A stretch of 56,169 nucleotides of DNA, the filler included, from Catajapyx aquilonaris (taxonomy: Eukaryota), in assembly GCA_000934665.2 (NCBI GenBank). It is 3 parts of 3 records of this genome, joined end to end, with 100 filler letters (N's around TTAATTAATTAA, not from the genome) between each part and the next. Parts side by side here need not be neighbours in the genome. Positions count along the whole stretch, not along the records: positions 1 to 18,527 come from JYFJ02006670.1; 2 more parts are not named here. The stretch is one strand, 5' to 3'. Within the stretch, counting starts at the first letter, position 1, and each line of letters opens with the position of its first letter. Below, piece after piece: positions 1 to 13,600 of this stretch. The position numbers were made by a program, and so were the translations under genes. Under the pieces are notes generated by a model that saw only the letters and a list, made by a program, of their open reading frames with translations, had not been told where the DNA came from and ran no database searches.

Positions 1-2629
1 TCCTCGTCTTGCGAAACCTGTTGACATCTTGAATCTAACACAATGGTTATTGCAACTGCTGTTGCAATGTCGATAACTGATGTCGTAACTGTGACAGTAC
101 CCAAGACAGTACCTGTGCATGGAATCTACAGGACATCATCTAGTAGCTCTTTTTTGTGTGTAAAATTGCAGTTTGTGGAGCTTTGCGACCGAGGCCTTCA
201 TTTTTAATTTACCAAAAAACGCGAGCCTAATGCGATTTTTTTGTATGACCTCTGATATATAGGTCTATTTGGTGGCCTCTGGATGGAGCGCATTTTATGA
301 AGAGACTCACTAAATGATGGAAAAGTCTAACAGTCCGTTAATTGCTTCCTACCTATTTCAGTAATTACTGTGTGAAAACTCTTCGTTTTCATCTAAATTA
401 TTTATGACTTCCATATTATAATACGGATTGCTGAAGGACATGAGAATTAAAAATATTGTTGGTTTTGATTTGGTGGTAGGCCTGTGTGTAGCCCATTTCC
501 TAAATTGACCAATGAAGTTCTTTATAACGTTTATATACTGTAGAGTATCAGACTAATATATATACTGTATAAGGGCGTGTATAATTCTGGAAATTATTCG
601 CATTTTGCACTGTTCGTTGTAAATTCAAAAGAGGAGATATTGCATTTTAAAATGGTAGCCTCATTATCCATTCTGCTGGTATGGCCAGTGGCATTTACGA
701 AATTATGCAGCATCTGGAGGGCTATTCAATCCTTTCAACCATGCATGCAGATCTTCCTGTTGGAAATGAAGGTAACACGTACAATACAAATGCTTATATT
801 GCATTGCTGGATCTGAATGTACAGTAGTACATCTTTACTATTTAATACTTCAGGTAAAGACAGTAAACTTCAAAGGCATGAGTCTCAGTTTATAGTTTGA
901 CATAGATTGCAGGTATAATAATTATTACTCCCTTTGGTGTGCATAAGTTATATATAGCCTATGTCAACTACGCAACTGGTGCTCAGCAGGAACACTCCTT
1001 TCAAACCCCTATCGCTGTCTCACACATGTTTAAACATCCTTGTGGTTTATTGGCTGGACTAGATTCTCAATAGGATTTCTCACGCTATCCCGTTCGCAGT
1101 AGATAATGTCCCTATTCGTCACTGTTATGGACGCTTCATGAACTGGAACAAAAATATCAGTGGGAGGAGAACTTGTCATATCATGCATTACGTCTTTAGA
1201 GTGTATAAAAGGCAGATGAATAGCTTCTGGAAGTGGAATATCAGTCATGTTATATAGTTTCAGATCTTATTCAGAATTTATTCACTCCTTTATTCAAAAT
1301 GATAAGACCTGAAAATAATGCAAAATACCTGAAATTAGAGCCACATTTTGAGATATGCGTTTTTGAAGAGTTACGGGATAAATGTTCCAAAATTTTCTCT
1401 AGGAGTTCTAATTTTTCAATCAGCAACCTGGCTTGACCATCATTATACCCTTGGAGGACTATATTATATAAGAAATCGTGGGCATCAGAAAGCAAAAGAC
1501 GATTCTAAATTGCACCATGGACCATTGTTAATTCTGACGTCAGTTGGAGGTTCAGAAATGAGGCCATAGACCTTTCCTGATGAGTATAGAGTAAGTGTCA
1601 AGTAGGTGTTTTTTGATATTGAATCGAGTGGCAGAGTTGAAACGAGTGCCGACTATTGTACAGGGCTTTGTCAGGCGTGTAAATGACGTCGCTTGAACCA
1701 CAACCCGCTGCAACCATGTGCACACAGTCTGCGTCTGTGTGCGTAGGCACGGTCGCCCCCAAATAATTTGGTAGGGTGCACCCGTGTCTCCCTATTAGGC
1801 ACCAATCCACCTGTGGCGATGGATCGGCTCTGCGGATATGTATTACACTGCGATCAATCGTTGTTGCGATGAATGTACCTTGAAAAGCACTGACGCTACG
1901 GTGAATGGGCCGTGCAGTAATTGACACCACGATAAATTGATGTCGATGAAATTGACGAAACATTAATTTGCGGTGATGATTCCACATGACCACTGTGGGG
2001 AACTTGCTGAGTAGAAGTGACGTGACATTTTCTGCTTTTATGGCATTCACTTTCGGGTGTACTGAGCAGTGTAGGTCTATACTACAACAGACAGGATGTT
2101 ACAGAATGATCTATATAGACAAACTTCTAGGGAGAACTCTTTTGGTCACTAGCAGAGGATCAGATTATGTAGAAGTGTGATTTAGTCATTAATGAGGAAT
2201 TTAATAATCATGAAAAATGTATAGTACTTCATTTTTTGAAAGATTGAATCATTTTGGCATAATTTTGCCGTGTAACATCTATTGTACTAGTACAACTGTC
2301 CACATAGCCGACTTTTATTTTAAAATCAGAATTTACTTCATATTATGCCGTATACAATATTTTATGAAGTTTTGTTTATACAGTATAGGCCTATAATTAT
2401 AGTGTTTTTTCAGATTAATAGTCATATAATGACAGTAAGTTCTCATTTAGATAGTGTTATTTTTGAGATACGTCATGTAATGGCATCGCCTTTTACTCGA
2501 TTGTTATTTAAAAGTTCGAGTCATAAGCCAAAACTTATGCCTTGCATTATTGAAAAAGAATTTTATGTTCATTTTATTTTATGTTTAAGTCATAAATTTA
2601 TATATTACATTATCGAAAAATGAAAAGGA

Positions 2630-2701
2630 AGCCCGTACGGGGGATCGAACCCCGGACCCTTAGGTTAAAAGCCTAATGCTCTACCTCTGAGCTACACGGG
2701 C
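2630..2701 (-). tRNA. tRNA-Lys(UUU), copy 1 of array
   Basis: Reverse complement GCCCGTGTAGCTCAGAGGTAGAGCATTAGGCTTTTAACCTAAGGGTCCGGGGTTCGATCCCCCGTACGGGCT folds as a full cloverleaf; anticodon loop CTTTTAA; A and B boxes present; T-run downstream. Confidence 0.9.
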
Positions 2702-2834
2702 TCAATTAGCAACAACACGTTATCATATCCTCCTGGCATGCATTATTGCACTATTCAAACCCCATTCAAACTACCCGAAAAATAAAGCGTCGAATAGGCA
2801 CTTGCTCTTGCAGTGCTTTTTGTCAGTGGCGACA

Positions 2835-3882
2835 TACGAGGGTAATCCGGAAAGTAAGTTAACTTTAGTTTTTACTGTAATTCAACTAATTAGAATAACT
2901 ACAAAGCACCTCCAAATATTTTATTACATGTGACTGAAAGCTACAACTGCCTACTTTTTTTCAACATAGCTTCCTCCCATAATATTACCTTAGAGCCGTA
3001 TGGCGCTGTCGTGGAAGTTTGCCGCCAGCGCCATACAAAATTTTGTGTAAGTTAACTACAAAAAAATGCCTCAATGAGGCTGGAAACTGTGCCTGAAGAA
3101 AGTAGACCAGTTGTATGTTTAAGTACAGTACTTGGTGTATATAATTAGAGAACGGATTTGTATAGGCTTTTACCTATTTTTGATTCTGTTGGCAGAACAG
3201 CGGAACCAAAATATCTATCAGTTTCATAACACAAGGACCACAAATATCGTAGTTTTTTATAGCCTAAAATTGCCTATTTCGGGCGTTGGGACCTAAATGG
3301 CATATTGGCGCCTATTTCCACCTTTTTGACGCCGTTTTGTAAGATTTTCGGCGGGTTTTCCGTTCAAGGAATCCCTCCTGCTTCAACTTGCGAAGGGCGA
3401 AGAAGCTGTAGGGATGCCGGATTAATTGGCAGAAGACATTTCACTGTTCAAGTATGATCACTTACATGTTAGTAATCCCTGGTATGATCCAGTTGCTTGT
3501 GTGACGTCAAAATGCTATTTTCAGCGTGTATATAAATACATTGTCAGACAGGCGTCGCCTATAATAACTGCGATTAACCAACAAAAATATGGAATAACTG
3601 CTAGTTTGTTACTGTACTGCAAAATTCCATGCTCAAGAGTATAGGTTGTAATTTTGCATATAAATGAAAATAAATGAGCACCTGCGTGATTTTTACTGCC
3701 CGCTATTAAGAGCCCATTTTTGGCTGTTTTCAGGGCCTAAATTTCTACCTATTTGAGGGTTTTTTAGAACCTAGAAATCCGTTCATTATTAATAACTATA
3801 TAATAAGATACCGGTATCTGTAGTTCTTCCAACAATAAATAAATAAATAAATTGACGTTACTTTCCGAATTATTGCCCTGTA
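2835..3882. mobile_element. Mariner-derived non-autonomous element (MITE) with an internal insertion, between divergent tRNA copies 1 and 2
   Basis: Left end TACGAGGGTAATCCGGAAAGTAAG, degenerate inverted right end ...TTACTTTCCGAATTATTGCCCTGTA; contains the reverse complement of TATGTTGAAAAA (YVEK, typical mariner transposase C-terminus); homologous to 4574-4928. Confidence 0.55.
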
Positions 3883-4034
3883 ATAGACTATGTTGCCATT
3901 GACAAAACTGACTGTAAGACTAACAGCATATGCGATGTGATGCTTTGTTTTCTCTGGGTACCTTGAAAAGTGCAATACTATACGGAATGGAAATGCATGC
4001 CAGGTTGATAGGATATAGTTTTCTTTCTACTTCA

Positions 4035-4106
4035 GCCCGTGTAGCTCAGTGGTAGAGCATTAGGCTTTTAACCTAAGGGTCCGGGGTTCGACCCCCCGTA
4101 TGGGCT
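4035..4106 (+). tRNA. tRNA-Lys(UUU), copy 2
   Basis: GCCCGTGTAGCTCAGTGGTAGAGCATTAGGCTTTTAACCTAAGGGTCCGGGGTTCGACCCCCCGTATGGGCT; complete cloverleaf with one extra G-U pair in the acceptor stem; poly-T terminator follows. Confidence 0.9.
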
Positions 4107-4375
4107 TCCTTTTTATTTTTCAATAATGTAATATGTACATTTTGCCCTATGACTTAAATGTAAAGAGTATAATTTAGTTCATATTTTTGGTTTTATTTTT
4201 ACAATGGCGTTTTTTCAGTTATGTCCCAATGGCATTGTACTAATTGTAGTTTTTAAAATTTAAATAGTGATATTTGTGTTATGTAATGTAATGACATTGC
4301 CTTTTACTTTATTATTATTTACAAGTTTGAGTCATAAGCCAAACTTTATACATTGTATTACTGAAAAATGTAAAT

Positions 4376-4424
4376 GATCGAACGCCGCGCTGGTAAGTTA
4401 AAAGCCTAATGCTCCTGGCTGAAC
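4376..4424 (-). pseudogene. Degenerate tRNA-Lys(UUU) remnant
   Basis: GATCGAAC...TAAGTTAAAAGCCTAATGCTC matches the T-loop and anticodon arm of the array tRNA; both flanks are homologous to flanks of intact copies. Confidence 0.7.
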
Positions 4425-4573
4425 CAGTCAATAAATCCTTTATCATAATTATCACCCTGGCATGCATTTCCATTCCGTATTGTTGCACTTTTCAAGGTAC
4501 ACTGGTACTTATAAAACAAAGCATCGCATCGCATAGGCTGTTGGTCTTGCAGTCCGTTTTGTCAATGGCAACA

Positions 4574-4928
4574 TACGAGGGCAATCCGGAGTGTAACGTC
4601 CATTTTTTGTTAGAAAAACTACGTAGCATATCCCTCCCCCAGATATTTACTTAACTCCGTTAAACATACAGCTGTCTACTTTTCGTAGAGTTACACAAAA
4701 TTATGCATGCTGGCGCTGGCGGCAAACTTCCACCACTACGGCGCCATACAAAATCTTGTGTAACTCTAATACCTCGTATGGGTGGAAACAAGAGCTATTA
4801 GCTCTTGGTGGAAACTACGTTGAAAAAAATAGACATGTAGCTTTCAGTTGTATAATTTTTTTTGGAGGAGCTTTGAAGTTTTTCTAATAAAAAACTAAAG
4901 TTAACTTACTTTCCGGATTACCTTCGCA
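4574..4928. mobile_element. Mariner-derived MITE, inverted counterpart of 2835-3882
   Basis: Ends TACGAGGGCAATCCGGA... and ...TTACTTTCCGGATTACCTTCGCA; internal small inverted repeat TAGAGTTACACAA...TTGTGTAACTCTA (4686-4768). Confidence 0.6.
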
Positions 4929-5077
4929 TGTTGCAATTATTATTGACACAAAGCACTGTAAGAGTAAGAGCCTATTTGAAGCTTCATTTTTTGGGGGTAA
5001 TTTGAATACTGCAATAACACGGAGTGGGAATGCATGCCAGGAGGATAATATCATGATGCTGGATGGTTGCTGAGTGA

Positions 5078-5149
5078 GCCCGTGTAGCTCAGTGGTAGAG
5101 CATTAGGCTTTTAACCTAAGTGTCCGGGGTTCGACACCCCGTACGGGCT
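5078..5149 (+). tRNA. tRNA-Lys(UUU), copy 3
   Basis: Full cloverleaf, anticodon TTT, variable loop GTGTC, T-loop TTCGACA; T-run downstream. Confidence 0.88.
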
Positions 5150-5513
5150 TCCTTTGTTTTTTTTTTCAATAGTGTAATGTACAAATTTTGACTTATAACT
5201 TAAAATCATAATTTACTTCATATTATGTATACAGTATTTTATGAAGTTTTATTTATACAGTAGGTCAATAATTATAGTGTTTTTTCAGTTTAATAGTCAT
5301 ATAACGACAGTAAATTCTCATTTAGATTGTGTTATTTGAGATACGTCATGTAATGGCATCGCCTTTTACTCGATTGTTATTTAAAAGTTCGAGTCATAAG
5401 CCAAAACTTATGCCTTGTATTATTGAAAAATTAATTTATGTTCATTTTATTTTATTTTACGTTTAAGTCATAAGCCAAAATTTACACATTACATTATTGA
5501 AAAATAAAGAAGA

Positions 5514-5585
5514 AGCCCGTACGGGGGGTCGAACCCCGGACCCTTAGGTTAAAAGCCTAATGCTCTACCTCTGAGCTACACGGGC
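5514..5585 (-). tRNA. tRNA-Lys(UUU), copy 4
   Basis: Reverse complement is a full cloverleaf with D-loop AGAGGTA as in copy 1; 5211-5586 is a direct repeat of 2331-2702. Confidence 0.9.
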
Positions 5586-5919
5586 TCAACTATTAACACC
5601 TCCTTTTCATATCATCCAGACGTGAATGTTCATTCCGTGCTACAGTACTTTTCGAGCTACCCGAAGAAAACAAAGCATCGACTGGGCAATTGGTTTTGCA
5701 GTGCTTTTTGTCAATGGCAACATAAACTCTGCAATGGAAAGCAGTGTGTTTCGAGAGTTATATTGACTCCATACTGGTCACATGACTTAAATCTGCAATG
5801 AGTAGCTGCTGTTAAATGATTTAAGACTTGATTGGTTCGTGTGAACAGCAAGGTTACGAGTGATGTCTTCGTATAGTAAGAAGACATTCAACTACAAAAT
5901 GAGTAAAAGAATACTAAAT

Positions 5920-6264
<345 letters not shown>

Positions 6265-6629
6265 GGCGATAACTACTACATCGCCATTCCGCCCTCCCAT
6301 TTAGTATTCTTTTACTCATTTTGTAGTTGAATGTCTTCTTACTATACGAAGACATCACTCGTAACCTTGCTGTTCACACGAACCAATCAAGTCTTAAATC
6401 ATTTAACAGCAGCTACTCATTGCAGATTTAAGTCATGTGACCAGTATGGAGTCAATATAACTCTCGAAACACACTGCTTTCCATTGCAGAGTTTATGTTG
6501 CCATTGACAAAAAGCACTGCAAAACCAATTGCCAAGTCGATGCTTTGTTTACTTCGGGCTCGAAAAGTACTGTAGCACGGAATGAACATTCACGTCTGGA
6601 TGATATGACAAGGAGATGTTAATAGTTGA

Positions 6630-6701
6630 GCCCGTGTAGCTCAGTGGTAGAGCATTAGGCTTTTAACTTAAGGGTCCGGGGTTCGACCCCCCGTACGGGC
6701 T
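6630..6701 (+). tRNA. tRNA-Lys(UUU), copy 5
   Basis: Full cloverleaf; one G-U pair in the anticodon stem (TTAGG/CTTAA). Confidence 0.88.
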
Positions 6702-6909
6702 TCTTCTTTATTTTTCAATAATGTAATGTGTAAATTTTGGCGTATAGCTTAAAATTATTATTTACTTCATGATTATTATCTATATTTTATGAAGTTGTAT
6801 ACAGTGCCTTTTCAATTTAGTCATGCAATGGCATTGCCTTTTACTTTATTGTTATTTGCAAGTTCGCGTCATAAGCCAAACGCATTGCATGATTGAAAAA
6901 TAAAAAGAC

Positions 6910-6981
6910 CACCCCTACGGGGGGTCGAACCCCGGACCCTTAAGTTAAAAGCCTAATGCTCTACCACTGAGCTACACGGGC
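6910..6981 (-). pseudogene. tRNA-Lys(UUU), copy 6, probable pseudogene
   Basis: D, anticodon and T arms intact, but the 3' acceptor strand reads TAGGGGT instead of TACGGGC (G-G mismatch, G1-U72). Confidence 0.75.
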
Positions 6982-7659
6982 TCACTTAGCAACCATTCGT
7001 CATCATATCCTCCTGGCATGCATTATTCCGTGTTATTGCAGTATTCAAACTACCCAAAAAGTGAAGTGTCAAATAGGCACTTATTGCAGTGCTTTTTGTC
7101 AAAAGACAAATGTGCGGCGTATAAGATGAGGACAGTTTCCCGATGGGCTGATATTGGGCAGGGTTAGGCAAGCATCAACGTCTCCGGCGAGTCCGATATA
7201 GAAAGAAGTGACGGGAGAAGAACAAACAAGGACATTTCCATTCAAATCGATGGGAATAGTGAGTGATAAAAGTTATAAAAGTGTCAAAGAGTGGAATATG
7301 GCGGGGAGGAACACGAGGTTGGCGTTGGAGGAGGTTGGTTTTCCTGAAAATGGTGAGTTTGTGGTTGGGGGACTAATTGGACGGTGTTATGTAATAATGG
7401 GTCAACCCACAAAAAATATCACAATTGAGTTAATCCCAGGAGCATATACCTAAAGGATCCTACTTCATTCAGTTAAAACCACGCTGGTGAAATCTGCATA
7501 TTTCTGCCATAAATTACCGAAAATAACACTGAATTAATTTCACAGGTATGACCTTCAAAGCCCATTTTCTCAAAACTGTTCTCATGTGTGTTGACTCATT
7601 ATTGCATAACACCGTCCAATTGAAACATGGTGTGAAGAAGAATATTCCCGTGATGGAAA

Positions 7660-8185
7660 GAAGCAATGGTGTTTCGTGGTAGTGGCGAATAGAAAAAATA
7701 TTTTTGGAAGGGCAAGTGGCGGACTGATAGTGGCGGCGAAAATGAGAATTTGGATTCCATTATCGATTTTTTCGTCCCCGCAAATAATTGCAATAAGTGT
7801 TCAACCCTCGCCAGCGGAACGAAAGATAATAGTGGTCACAGTTTATTTACCGCAAAATACCCTCATCGACAAAGTGTTAGATGAACTTGAAATGCAGTTG
7901 TATACTTATGGTTAGATAAGAATACGCAGCAGGTATGTTTAATTGGGGATTTCAATGCGAGAATGGGACAAAATTATTTATCACCACAAATGGAAACGAC
8001 AGCATCGAACTATTGAAATAATAAGAAGATCAAGTGACACTCAAGTGAAGGCCAGAGGCAAAACAAAAACTCTAGACGTGGTTGAGCAATATTCAATGTG
8101 AATATTAAATGGGCTAACCAAGAGTCATTACAGGGGTCACTACACATATTGCACGGAACGTGGGCAATCTGTGGTTGATTATTAT
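7660..8185 (+). mobile_element. Decayed LINE, APE endonuclease domain
   Basis: Interrupted frames give GRASGGLIV, IVVTVYLP, IGDFNARMG and GHYTYCTERGQSVVDY, the ordered motifs of non-LTR retrotransposon apurinic endonucleases; stops and frameshifts present. Confidence 0.8.
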
Positions 8186-8726
8186 GGAATGGTCACGATG
8201 GACTTACGATACTAGAAAGGGTAGTCTAGATAAATACTGTATTTGAATGGAAATTATCCTCAAAGGGATAATTCAATCTTCAAATTTTAAACCCTCATAC
8301 AGTCTCTTGAAATTACTTTGGCTAAATGTTACTATGACACTTCTGGATATATGGTAAGCGGTAGGGTCTTCCTATACGTATAGGTGTGGCGTTACAGACA
8401 TACTGTCCAGTGCCCAGGAGTGAATATACTGTAGAATCATGACTACATCGAAAAATGTGCAGAATTTATGTGGTAATGAGGGAATATAAAGTAGCGTCTT
8501 TTATAGTGGAAAATATTAGCGGCTGGTATTTTTTTGGTGATTTACCGAAACTAACATCCGGTTGTATCAACACGAACAAATTAATTATGGGGGAAATGAA
8601 GGTTTGTAAATCACAAATAAGCTTTTAAATAACTCATATTTCCGGGAATAAGATTGGATGTGAGCATCACACATACAGTACGCTCAATAATATCTAATGA
8701 AGAACTGTACAGTATATTACTGTTGC

Positions 8727-8836
8727 GGTGAAATTTTCGTCCTACTGCTTAGTTACTGCTAAGTTAGCAGTACCAGCAGTGTTGGAACTGGCACTGCTAA
8801 GTTAGCAGTAACTAGCAGTGGGACGAAAATTCCACC
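8727..8836. mobile_element. Short hairpin MITE
   Basis: GGTGAAATTTTCGTCCTACTGCT... is inverted with ...AGCAGTGGGACGAAAATTCCACC; arms ~50 bp. Confidence 0.7.
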
Positions 8837-9550
8837 CTTGTAGATTTTTCTCGCCTCCCGTACAACGCTGTCCGCCTTTCCTTGTGGTTTAAATAAGCTA
8901 CGTGACCTATACATTTTATGTACATAAGGTCTTATAAACGTACATCAAAGTGATGTACTGCACAATCAAAGCACGTAATTACCTTTCAATGATACCGGAT
9001 GTTCTACAGTATTTCCTGCTTTTCTGCTTTATACTTGGCTGCTTTATTTGGTTTCAAACTCCTATTGCGACACTGATATGAAGGTTACTGAACCTTTGAA
9101 TGGCAGAGAGTGGTCTAGAGAGCTGCCCGAGTGTGACAAAACAGATTAATGTGTTCTTCAGGGTGTCTTCGGTGCAAAGTAAGCTACATGATACTCTCTG
9201 AAGGTTGATTCTGGAGGGCAAGGCACTCATGGAGACCTTTGTTCTGAGAGTACAAAGAAACTGAAAGAGCTGACGTTACGGTCATTCACTGCGTAGTGCA
9301 CAAAAAACGACGCTTTTCTTCTAGTGCGTCCCCTCTATTCTGTCAGTTTGACCTTTTCTTACGAGTGAGACCAGAGGTATCCGAATAATTTTCAGTTTGG
9401 TTATAGGGAGCACAGTCGTTATAACTCGGAAGTGTCTTCGTCTCCTCACTATAGTAATCATGCAAATTACGGTAGCGACATTCTGACCCCTGTATCCGCT
9501 CTGTATCCCTGCTTTGAAATGATAGCTTTCACTTTTTATTAGGCACTATC

Positions 9551-9819
9551 TTTATTTTTATTTTATTTTATTTATTTTACCCCGTGATACAACTGTAAAC
9601 CGTTATAGGGGGTGGCATACCACCATCAGTTTTCTAGTGTTTTTGAAACTTTTCTTCTCTCCGGTGCGGTGCAAGGAAACAAGGACATAGGGTAAGGATA
9701 GGAATTTTTGGGGAGGGAACATGGGTGCAAGTGCATTGTCTGAAAAGGGGTCATGTGCTGTTCCCCAGGAGGTTAGGTTGCCAGACACCTCCTTGGTGCA
9801 GGTCAGAGACCCTCCTGAC
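9551..9819 (-). mobile_element. 5'-truncated retroposon (SINE/LINE 3' end) with 15-bp TSD
   Basis: TTATTAGGCACTATC duplicated at 9536-9550 and 9820-9834; (TAAAA)n tail on the minus strand. Confidence 0.75.
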
Positions 9820-12800
9820 TTATTAGGCACTATCAAGCACCATTTGCACCAATAATCCTAATCCCTAATGGAACCAACAAAATGGGTTTTCTACTGATTT
9901 CTTATTTTGCTTGCTAACATTCTTTCGTACAATACCATTAGACGATTAGAGAAAAAAAAGGTTTTTGGATAGTGGGTGGAAACAGGGAAAAATCTACTGA
10001 AAACCCACGCAAATACTAGAGGGAACCTCTCGAAACCCTTGCCATATGAGAAAATCCTGTCTTCAAACTCGTGACCTCACAGATGGTGAGGCTTTGATGT
10101 GAGCCACCACACTACCGTTTCGCCCAAACTATGAGTACAAGTACACAATCTCTTCTGGGAAACTTTTGGGGCCAGACAAGTTTTGGCGAGTTTTGGAATT
10201 TGGAATTTTTTGAATTTAGGAATGGTAAGCTACCGTAGTACAGTACATACACACCGTTATCCTCATAATTTCTGGGTACATCCCAGGAAAAGGCCAACCC
10301 TGCGCCATTAAGCGCTTACATGTAGTAAACGCACATTACCCTTAAATTGATGCCCATGGAGAAGAGGTTACATTAATGTCGTCTGTTGTGCTTGTTAACC
10401 ATTTTCTTTGGCACAACGAAGTTGGAGTGGGTTGGCATGACCTGCACAACACAACCCTGCTTCTGGCGCAGTATACGCTGTTGCCCCATTCAAATTCCAA
10501 TCCAGAGTTCAATCACTCTTCAGTTTGGGAAGTGACTGACACCAAACTCGAGCTTTGAGTGTTAAAATGACCTCCATGGAAAATCTTCCGGTGGAACTTC
10601 TAGGTTTTCGGAGTTTCGGATAGGAAATTGTGTACTGTAATAGCACTATATAGTTAGCAGGAACAATAAACACCTACACGTATCTCCCATTTTAGGATCA
10701 AGTTCGCTAATGGGTTGTTTCAATGAAGTTCTCAGAACCTTTCATGTTATTTTTCTTCGGCGCTGAGTGCGCTGACTCTATGGTAGATTTTCTATCCCCA
10801 CATTCTCTCGTGCGTCCTATAGTCGCACCTATACTATTCTGTTGTTCAGATTCGATAACTTATTTGAGCAAGGCCATTCCACGAGTGTTCAGTACAATAA
10901 GATTAGCCCTTAGTAGCTCGGATTTTATTCAAACTTTATAGCCTAAATATTCCTTATAATCATTCGATGGAGTTATGGAGAATACAAATTGAGCTTTTTC
11001 GCAAAGACTGCATGGTATCCGGAATATCGATCAAGAAAAGTTGGGGGAGAGCTTAAATTAGTCGACAGCTTAAATTAGTCGTCAAAGTGCAAGGAATAGA
11101 ATGACGAATTTGTTAACTACAGTATTGCGTTTTTCACTTTTAAATATTTCAGACTATTTTGTCAAGCGTGTGGGGATTCCAAATTCCGGTACATAAATAA
11201 AAATATGCGTGAGCACCCCTCCACAGTGCACTATGCAGTGGTTTAAAACAATTACTTATATTTTTGTGGTATTTCCCATTTGATTTGAGGAACTCTGGGG
11301 ACGTTGACCCAACTGTGGGGACATATTCGATCCCCACAGCGTCTCACACGAGAATATCACCGTTACAGTGGGGACATGTCCCCAGTAGCCCTTGCTCAAG
11401 CAATAAAGGATTTTAATGAATATAGATGGTCTTCTCTTGCCTCGTCAGTCTCCAGAAGAATATAGCTAAATATCGATATTTAATGCGTTATTGGTATTTC
11501 TGACGTTTCATGGTATTGATATTTTAGTACTTTACAAGTTGGCTGCCGTTCCATTGAAGTTTGTCTGTTACGTTCTGGAAAATCAGGGCGCATCTGTGAC
11601 CCTCAGAGCGGTCATCTCCACCTGAGGATGAGCCAGACGGCAAGGGGACAGGTCAAGGAAAGTCGAGGACATTGGGGTCGGAACCTACGGTGAATATGTA
11701 CTGTAGGCCTGCTGCTTAAATAATGTTTCATCCCCTGCGTGCCACCTTTTCCTCTTCTGCCAGACAAAAATGGCCATACTTTCTGTACTCATGATGATGG
11801 CTGAGCACTGTAATAATGCTGATCTGGTGTCCCCCCCCCCCCTCTGTGCTTCCATCATCTGGAGGGTTTAGTTCATGGCACTTACAGCAACTGCTTTTAA
11901 TATATTAATATTACTATGTCAGTATGTGTATTACAAAACGAGTGTGTGAACCCTCCATAGCATACTTAATTGTAACATACTTTTCTACATACTGCCAGGG
12001 CGTACATTATGTGAAACGTAAGCTTATTTTTACCATTTACAGATTGTATGATATGCAAATATTTAGCGATGCAGCTGCAGTCTTTTGAAAAATTGCATTT
12101 ACTTATACATACTAATTGAAATATTTTACTTCCGCAATTGTTATCAACTCTTATGTAAACAAGTGTTTCAGATGATATCTGTTTTTCTTATCAATATGAC
12201 AACGTCTTCCTCCTGATACAGTAGCAGGCGCAGTATTTTTCTGTCGAGCTATCTTTGTGGTCCTGCGCAGTTCCAGTCAGACTTAGGTCTATCCTAGGAT
12301 CTCATTGGGAGATCTGATAACTAGACGCTACACATTGAATTAGCATATTCAATAGTCTCCATCTCTCCAATGTTATTAATAAGCATCAAGTTGTTGTCTG
12401 ATGATGAGACCTTGGGTGGTTTGTTTGGTTGTTCTACAGGGATCTATCTGGTTGTTTTCCTGAAGATTGTCACCATAATTTTATGGTGGTTGTGGTGTTT
12501 TAACATATTCAACTTGCAGGGAGAGGTGTGGATGAATAATGCTTCTGTTTGAATCAGTGGAATTTTTCGGTGTAGTTGTAAAACGAATGGACTTCATCTT
12601 GTAAGTACTATATCGTACATGGACCATCTCAAGGACTAAGGAATTTATGGCTCATTCCTACAAGGCACCCAGACCTGTTGAGGGGTACAAGATCATATTC
12701 ATTCGTGTTTGAACTTCTAAAATCTTTAACGTGGTCCTCTTTTGCGTAATGAATTGTTGCGTTGTTATTAAACACACGGTAGGAATCTTGTAGAAATGGG

Positions 12801-13600
12801 ACGCCTCCCTCTTTCCACAAAAGCTGTTTGGAAGTTGAGCATGTTACACAGTATGTTTTATTTTCTGCACAGTTATTGCCCATGTAACGCCACATTTCGC
12901 ATTGAAACTCTGGGAGAAATTCCTTGCAATTTCCTAGTGATTTGCCATAATATTAAACGTGCTTATCAACATCTGATTGCTACTAGTTTAAAAACCTGTG
13001 TTGGTATACATAGGCTCTCATTTCTAAGAGGAACAAAGCAGGAAGATTGATCGATCCAGACAATGATTCTCGTTGGTTGAATCTATAATCAACAAGTTCC
13101 AACAAATGCAATCGCCTTACCGCTTACGTCCGCTTCAGACATAAGTTCCTTCAACTTGGGACACTTTAGAATGCAATCATTGAAATTCAGTAATCACCAG
13201 TGCCCACATATCTGCAACGTTATTCAAGTGTCCGATTGTAAGAATAGATTTATCACGAAATTGTCACAGTGTTCAAATGCCGCGCCCATAAATTTGGCTC
13301 AATGAAAGATGGCTGCCGGACCGATTCATATGAGGGGGAACATGCAGTAATATAATCCGCTTTATTACGAACCTAATTAATCTAACACTGTATCATAATT
13401 AACAGAAAACATGGTCGCATTTTACACTCCGATGCGCAGGAGGTGATGCGCAGTCGTTAGCCAATCAGATGTCAGCATTTTGGTGCATCAGCCAATCCGT
13501 ACTATTCCCGTCCATCTGGCGCATGCGCTTCTTCTACGTGACTGAATCGTGTGAGCCGTCCTTTGTCCGTATGTCTTCCTGTCCGCTAGAGAGAGTGACC

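Noticed and set aside
1598..2050. 150-aa minus-strand ORF and a plus-strand FDIESSG resembling a DEDD exonuclease motif
   Set aside because: Single short motif, frames broken, no supporting motifs or splice structure.
10720..10960. SLVRPIVAPILF resembling a LINE post-RT motif
   Set aside because: Too degraded to support; no RT core motif nearby.
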